DNA of 62,341 nucleotides from positions 1-62,341 of IMG/VR virus record IMGVR_UViG_3300042485_001404; one strand, 5' to 3'. The first letter of the stretch is position 1. Each line of letters begins with the position of its first letter. A model generated the notes under the pieces. It ran no database searches. It saw nothing but the letters and a program-made list of their open reading frames with translations, and was not told the DNA's origin. The DNA comes from a virus. Lineage: Duplodnaviria; Caudoviricetes. This document shows, piece after piece, positions 57,595 through 62,341 of this stretch. A program made the position numbers and the translations under genes.

Positions 57595-58611
57595 TTATCT
57601 CATGTATGCTGAGTTACCAGATGTGTATCTATATTTATTTGTAAAGTTAGGGTCATTAAATATCCTATCTTCTGCTTGACCAAGTTTACCAAAGAAACCA
57701 TAGTATCTTTTTCTTCTTGGCAATAAGTAATTACTTCCTTCCATAAGGTCTTCATACTCATCAGTTCCCCAAGGCATCTTAGCTTTGTTTTTAAACTGTT
57801 TGACATACTTCAACCATCTTTGTTCAGCTACTTGAGCTATTTGCATAGCCCCTTCTCTGTGATTCCAAGCTTCTCTTTCTTTGGTTTTCCAACCTAAGTA
57901 ATAAGTAATAGCAGCCTTAGCAGATTCATCATCAGGAACCATAGGATAACCAGTTTCTTTATCAACTCTTTGTCTTAAGTAAGCTAAAGCAACATGACCT
58001 TCTTTAAAAGAGAATCTAAGTTGATCTCCTACAATAGTATATTCATCTGCAGAACTTGCTGTGTTCTCACTATACAATCCTGCATCCTCTTCAGTTTCAC
58101 AAACAAGAGTATTAAAGAAAGTATGGTTAGCTAATCTAACAGGTGTAAATTTTGTTCTGTAAGCCTTAGAATGAACCCAACCTAAGTATTCATATTGCAA
58201 ATCAAAATAAGGTCTGTAATAACCTATTTCTTGATCTCCAATTAACTCTCCTTGACAATCTACAGCAACTAGATCTTCAGTCCAACCTCCACAACAAGAG
58301 TCAGGGGATGTAGCAGGAACTAAGTTTTCAGCAATGACTTGTGGAGTACATGACTCAACTGTAGTTGGAGACCAGGCATTATTTTTAGCAACTTGAATAA
58401 CATAATGTAAACCATTAGGCAAAGCAGCCTGAAAGTTTTTAACTTCAAGAAAAGCAATTCCCTCTTCAGAAGCAGAGGCCATTTGCATAAAACCTAGTGC
58501 TTCTCCTATCCATTCAATAGCTTCATCTTCATTAAGTTCTACACCTCTGAAGTCTCTTAGATACTTTGATAGGATAGTATCTACTGTAACATATTGAAAT
58601 CTATCTTGCAT
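57595..58611 (-). CDS. tail ring / tubular protein (putative)
   Basis: 338 aa; G-x-V-x-LAY...GYPMVPD pattern; synteny. Confidence 0.62.
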   Translation of the reverse strand: MQDRFQYVTVDTILSKYLRDFRGVELNEDEAIEWIGEALGFMQMASASEEGIAFLEVKNFQAALPNGLHYVIQVAKNNAWSPTTVESCTPQVIAENLVPATSPDSCCGGWTEDLVAVDCQGELIGDQEIGYYRPYFDLQYEYLGWVHSKAYRTKFTPVRLANHTFFNTLVCETEEDAGLYSENTASSADEYTIVGDQLRFSFKEGHVALAYLRQRVDKETGYPMVPDDESAKAAITYYLGWKTKEREAWNHREGAMQIAQVAEQRWLKYVKQFKNKAKMPWGTDEYEDLMEGSNYLLPRRKRYYGFFGKLGQAEDRIFNDPNFTNKYRYTSGNSAYMR

Positions 58612-58613
58612 GG

Positions 58614-59087
58614 TTATTCAGTTTTAATAATATATTCTTTACCTTGTTTTATCTGGTTGTGTATCAATCTTTTATTACCCCTGGTAAGTATAAAGTTATA
58701 ATAGAGTTTGTTCTCTATTGGCACCCTATTCTTAGACCAATGTAACTTATAGACTACACCATTTGTTTCCTCATTAAGACAGTAAACTACTTTCTTAGTT
58801 GCCTTTGCATCAGGGTTTCTTTCCCAAAGTTTCTTAGTCTCACCCCAATTAGGAGGAAGCATTGGTACACCATCTTTATTAAACACTAACTTTTTCTTTA
58901 CTCCTTGAATAAAAAGAGTCCCCAGTTTTGCTGGAAGAGTTACCTCTTCTCCACTAATAACTTTCTCAATTAAAAATTCCATATAACCATTAGCTATTGG
59001 AACAAAAGTATTTAGTTCTACAGGTTTCTCCACCTCTTTGGAATACCTCTTGTAAGAACTTCTTATGTTTAAGTTTGTCTTCTGCAT
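58614..59087 (-). CDS. IHF/HU-like DNA-binding protein
   Basis: GEEVTLPAKLGTLFI resembles the HU/IHF core; basic; crAss-like synteny. Confidence 0.65.
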   Translation of the reverse strand: MQKTNLNIRSSYKRYSKEVEKPVELNTFVPIANGYMEFLIEKVISGEEVTLPAKLGTLFIQGVKKKLVFNKDGVPMLPPNWGETKKLWERNPDAKATKKVVYCLNEETNGVVYKLHWSKNRVPIENKLYYNFILTRGNKRLIHNQIKQGKEYIIKTE

Positions 59088-59794
59088 TATCTATTACTTC
59101 CTTCAGGTCTTTGAATATCTCTTGAATTACTAACTCTATCCTCTTTCTTTTGACCAAAGATAACAATAATTTCCTGAACACAAATGTCAATTAAAGGTTC
59201 AATCAAATCTCCATCAATATCAAAAGTGTGGTTTGGAGTAGCTACACAATCAGTACACTCAGGACATTCTTCACATACAGAAGGAAAATGATGAGCTTCT
59301 AAAGGATCCTCAGCAAGTAGTTTAATTTTTACTACACCTGGGTTATGGTTTAAAGGAAAGTACAAGTATCCATTTTCAAATAAATACTTAGGTTTTGTTC
59401 CTGTATATTTATTCCCTTTCAAATACATTACACCTTGCCTTGTAGTTTCCTCTATTTTCATTCTAGTGTCTATAGTCATTACAAATTCAATGTAGTGTCT
59501 ATTAGAGTCTGTCATTACTCTAGGAATCTTATGTTTAGTTCTGTAAACATCACAACCTAAATCTCCAAGACAATCACATTCATGACTAGGGACTTTTATT
59601 AATTCTACACAAGGTAAAATAGTATAGTTCCAATCACTAAGTCTTTGTTTCTTTTTTAATTGTTGAGACAAGAGTTGCATTCTAACAGTCAATGCTTTAT
59701 TATAAACATGTCTGTCAGATAACCTAGATTCATCACTGGAAACCCCTCTAGAGTAGAGAGATTGAATTCTTTCTGTTATTTCAGCTATTAACAT
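59087..59794 (-). CDS. tail ring protein (putative)
   Basis: 235 aa, Cys-rich loops, structural-module position. Confidence 0.58.
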   Translation of the reverse strand: MLIAEITERIQSLYSRGVSSDESRLSDRHVYNKALTVRMQLLSQQLKKKQRLSDWNYTILPCVELIKVPSHECDCLGDLGCDVYRTKHKIPRVMTDSNRHYIEFVMTIDTRMKIEETTRQGVMYLKGNKYTGTKPKYLFENGYLYFPLNHNPGVVKIKLLAEDPLEAHHFPSVCEECPECTDCVATPNHTFDIDGDLIEPLIDICVQEIIVIFGQKKEDRVSNSRDIQRPEGSNR

Positions 59795-60500
59795 CTTGGA
59801 TAGTTAAATTTGATTTTAAAATACTTGTAACATCATCTGTATTAATACAGGTAAACTTTCCATCTAATCCTAACCATATAATTACCCTCTTAGAAACTCT
59901 TACTCCTATTTGCTCTAAGAGTAATTGATAGTAAGATAACTGAACTACATAGTGATTCAAAGGGCAGTCTAACAAAGCCTCAAATGGGGCCAACATAGTT
60001 TTACCTTTGAAATTCTTAAACAAATCCTTATTGGTTTTGTAGTCAGCAATTATATAGGTTTGGTTTTTAGTGTCAAATAAGATGATGTCTGCTGTACCTG
60101 CAAAGAAATGTTCAAAGTGATACATTCTAAGTTCTGCAGCTACTGGGATAATGTGCTCTGGTAAACTTTCCCAGAAAGCAACAATAGCTTCTTCTTGAGG
60201 ACAAGAAGGTTTTAAACTCCTGTCAAATTGATAAAGTTCTCCAAAGTTGTGAACTCTGTGTCCTCTGTCTCTAGACTCTTGATTAATGTCAGCCCATTGT
60301 TTTAGGACTTCCTCTGTAGTTATACCTAACTTTTTAGCTGAGAAAGGTGCAACTGCTTGAGCATCAAAGTGCTCATAAAATTTTGAAATTAACCCTGAAA
60401 CTGAGGTTTTAATTGGTTTACCTTCAACAAAGTACTTGTGCTTTTTCTCTTCAAAAGTCAAGTTACTAAAAGGTTGAGTTAATTTACTACTTAAATCCAT
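59781..60500 (-). CDS. PD-(D/E)XK (Cas4-like) nuclease; start reassigned to MDLSSK
   Basis: RGHRVH, AELRM, AGTADI, IADYKT, QLSYY motifs. Confidence 0.8.
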   Translation of the reverse strand: MDLSSKLTQPFSNLTFEEKKHKYFVEGKPIKTSVSGLISKFYEHFDAQAVAPFSAKKLGITTEEVLKQWADINQESRDRGHRVHNFGELYQFDRSLKPSCPQEEAIVAFWESLPEHIIPVAAELRMYHFEHFFAGTADIILFDTKNQTYIIADYKTNKDLFKNFKGKTMLAPFEALLDCPLNHYVVQLSYYQLLLEQIGVRVSKRVIIWLGLDGKFTCINTDDVTSILKSNLTIQDVNS

Positions 60501-60504
60501 ACTA

Positions 60505-60512
60505 CAAAGATA
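60505..60512 (-). promoter_or_regulatory. Bacteroidota sigma-A type -7 element
   Basis: TATCTTTG ends 4 nt before the ATG at 60500. Confidence 0.55.
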
Positions 60513-60514
60513 AC

Positions 60515-60544
60515 AAAAAACCACAACTTTATAAGTTATGGTTT
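60515..60544 (-). terminator. intrinsic terminator after the holin cluster
   Basis: Minus strand AAACCATAACTT-ATA-AAGTTGTGGTTT followed by further T. Confidence 0.65.
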
Positions 60545-60569
60545 ATATTTCTTAAGGCGGGGTATAGAA

Positions 60570-60728
60570 TTACTTACTTAGTTTTGCAGCAAATAATTTT
60601 ACTATAAGACTAACAGGTAAGAATCTAACAATAGTTCTAAGAACTATACCTGCATTAGTTGTAGCTTTACTTTCTGTGTACTTTTTTGCTACTTCAGTTA
60701 AAGCATCATAAATTAATTCTTTTTCCAT
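60570..60728 (-). CDS. 52-aa protein downstream of holin, not in the ORF track
   Basis: MEKELIYDALTEVAKKYTESKATTNAGIVLRTIVRFLPVSLIVKLFAAKLSK; starts just after the holin stop. Confidence 0.65.
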   Translation of the reverse strand: MEKELIYDALTEVAKKYTESKATTNAGIVLRTIVRFLPVSLIVKLFAAKLSK

Positions 60729-60730
60729 GA

Positions 60731-61156
60731 TTATTCTTTTATTTCGTTAATATTCTTTTTGATTTCTTTTATCTTTTTAATTAGATCTCTTATAAGTGTA
60801 ATAAAAGGTTTGTTACCTATTTTAATACTTTTTTCATCTAAAGATTTAATTTCAATAAACACCCAAGCTACTGTCATTAATTTTGAAAGTAAAAAATCTA
60901 CTCCTTGTAATTTACCTCCAAAGATAAACATATCAATTAAGTATGCAAGAATTATACTGAAACAATAGAAGAAAGATTTCACACTTAAGTTGAAAAGTTT
61001 GTCTGATTGAAAACTTTTCCAACCTCCTAATTTTACAGAAACATAAATTCCTGCTGCAGTATCTAGTAAGATAAACCCTATCATAATAATTATCAATCCT
61101 GTTACAGGAGATAAGAAAGTCAGAATAGAAAGTAGTGTAGCTGTTATTGTCTTCAT
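60731..61156 (-). CDS. holin (putative)
   Basis: Three hydrophobic segments, D-x-x-x-G, E-x-x-S-x-x-E motif, highly basic C-terminus. Confidence 0.78.
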   Translation of the reverse strand: MKTITATLLSILTFLSPVTGLIIIMIGFILLDTAAGIYVSVKLGGWKSFQSDKLFNLSVKSFFYCFSIILAYLIDMFIFGGKLQGVDFLLSKLMTVAWVFIEIKSLDEKSIKIGNKPFITLIRDLIKKIKEIKKNINEIKE

Positions 61157-61262
61157 ATTAAGAAGTAAAAAAAGGTTAAATATTTGTGTAAAGATACAAT
61201 TTATTTTAACCTCTCTTCTATGGGATTACTCTTACAAAATAAATAAAGCTATTACACCTATA

Positions 61263-62282
61263 TTAAAAAGGTTTATTATAATAAAACCTAAAATAATTTT
61301 CTATTCTTTGTTGAAAAGATTTATCTACATAAGCAGGTATCATTAATGCTGCTGCAATGTGTGTACCACTAGTCCCAAATACAGCCCCTTTATTACCTAT
61401 AAAAATGTTTCTATCTAACATTCTATAAGAACCATCTCCAAAGTGATCAGAGTTTGTAAAGTTATTTGTAGTGATTGTCTTTTGTTGCTCTACACCATTT
61501 ACAAAAATATCAATAGGAGAAGTAGGACCTACCCTATTATCCCTAGGCATATCATATCTTTTGTAGTTACTGAATTGATTATCTAAAGGTAATGGTCCAC
61601 CATCTATTCTTAATTGACACTTCACTGTTAATATACTCCAATCAGTTAGCAACCCTACTCCTGCAGTTCCTGTTATACTTGTTGTTGAACCTCCTGTGCC
61701 ACCTTTATAATCAAAAGTAATTGAGTTATTACTATTCAATTCTAAAAGAATATCACCAGCACTTGGAAGTGTAGTACTATCTCTGCCATCTAAAATACTT
61801 ACTGTACTTGTTGGTGCATTAGCTCTGCGTATAACAAACATGTACGTGAAACCCGTACCACTAGCATAAACATTTGTAGGAGAATTGATAGTGCAATACA
61901 TCTTAGCTAATGTACTACTTTCTAAATACCTATTTGCAGTATCTCCAAAATCCATATATCGTCTACCCCCTAATCCATCACGCACTAAAGCTGGTCTATA
62001 TGTTGTACCTGCAGTTTGTGTAAATATTTCATCTATATTTGCAAGTATTTGATTAGGTACAGTTTCTGCTAAATTATAACATATTTGAACTGTCCCTACA
62101 TTAGTAGACACTTTATCTGCATTGATATAGAATACAGGATTTCTTTTAGGATCTCCAATAGTGGAAGGATTTAGCATGTTTAACCTTTTGGACATTGTAT
62201 GACCAAACCTTCCACCATGTAATCCAGAGGACAGTCCTACAGTGTTTCCTTGTACTAAACCATTTTCATATCCTCTTTCCAT
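61263..62282 (-). CDS. virion surface protein with ConA/LamG-like beta-sandwich (putative)
   Basis: Thr/Gly/Asn-rich; FTYMFV, WSILT, IFVNGV, IFIG, IENYF pattern. Confidence 0.55.
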   Translation of the reverse strand: MERGYENGLVQGNTVGLSSGLHGGRFGHTMSKRLNMLNPSTIGDPKRNPVFYINADKVSTNVGTVQICYNLAETVPNQILANIDEIFTQTAGTTYRPALVRDGLGGRRYMDFGDTANRYLESSTLAKMYCTINSPTNVYASGTGFTYMFVIRRANAPTSTVSILDGRDSTTLPSAGDILLELNSNNSITFDYKGGTGGSTTSITGTAGVGLLTDWSILTVKCQLRIDGGPLPLDNQFSNYKRYDMPRDNRVGPTSPIDIFVNGVEQQKTITTNNFTNSDHFGDGSYRMLDRNIFIGNKGAVFGTSGTHIAAALMIPAYVDKSFQQRIENYFRFYYNKPF

Positions 62283-62341
62283 AATTAAGCGTAAGTTTCT
62301 CCTATTACAGTAAAATTAGAAACTTTAGCAGCAGTCATAGT

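Noticed and set aside
34171-60968. Short + strand and nested - strand ORFs inside the virion module
   Set aside because: Antisense or alternate-frame shadows of large genes, with no independent support.
1-62341. Stop-codon reassignment as in some crAss-like phages
   Set aside because: The standard code gives dense, intact ORFs up to 4847 aa, and TAG and TGA both end genes at sensible junctions.
1-62341. CRISPR array, DGR, integrase, introns or inteins
   Set aside because: No repeat-spacer array, reverse transcriptase, recombinase or splicing motifs seen; the Cas4-like nuclease stands alone.

Overview
The window is part of an AT-rich lytic phage genome with crAss-like (Crassvirales) architecture and a probable Bacteroidota host (TAnnTTTG promoters, A-rich leaders without Shine-Dalgarno sites). 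The + strand (1-26581) opens with the 3' part of a tmRNA. It then carries a replication and nucleotide-metabolism module: SF1 and SF2 helicases, PolA, DnaB, AAA ATPase, primase, resolvase, RecE-like nuclease, ThyX, a spore-photoproduct-lyase-like radical SAM enzyme, GroES, ligase, MazG and a tRNA-like RNA. The - strand (26622-62282) carries the virion module: a 4847-aa virion RNA polymerase, other giant ejection proteins, tail/ring proteins, an IHF-like protein and a holin. The two modules converge on a bidirectional terminator at about 26600. The main highlight is a compact, apparently complete phage-encoded ubiquitin-like conjugation operon (Ubl fusion, E2-like, JAB, E1/ThiF, plus a coupled acidic protein; 12190-16993). 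Other notable points are a tmRNA with a very long tag, a tRNA-like RNA with a shortened anticodon loop, near-absence of CG dinucleotides, a UNG-like protein lacking catalytic motifs, and lone terminal cysteines on adjacent Cys-poor ejection proteins. All calls come from motif recognition by eye; no searches or computations were run.
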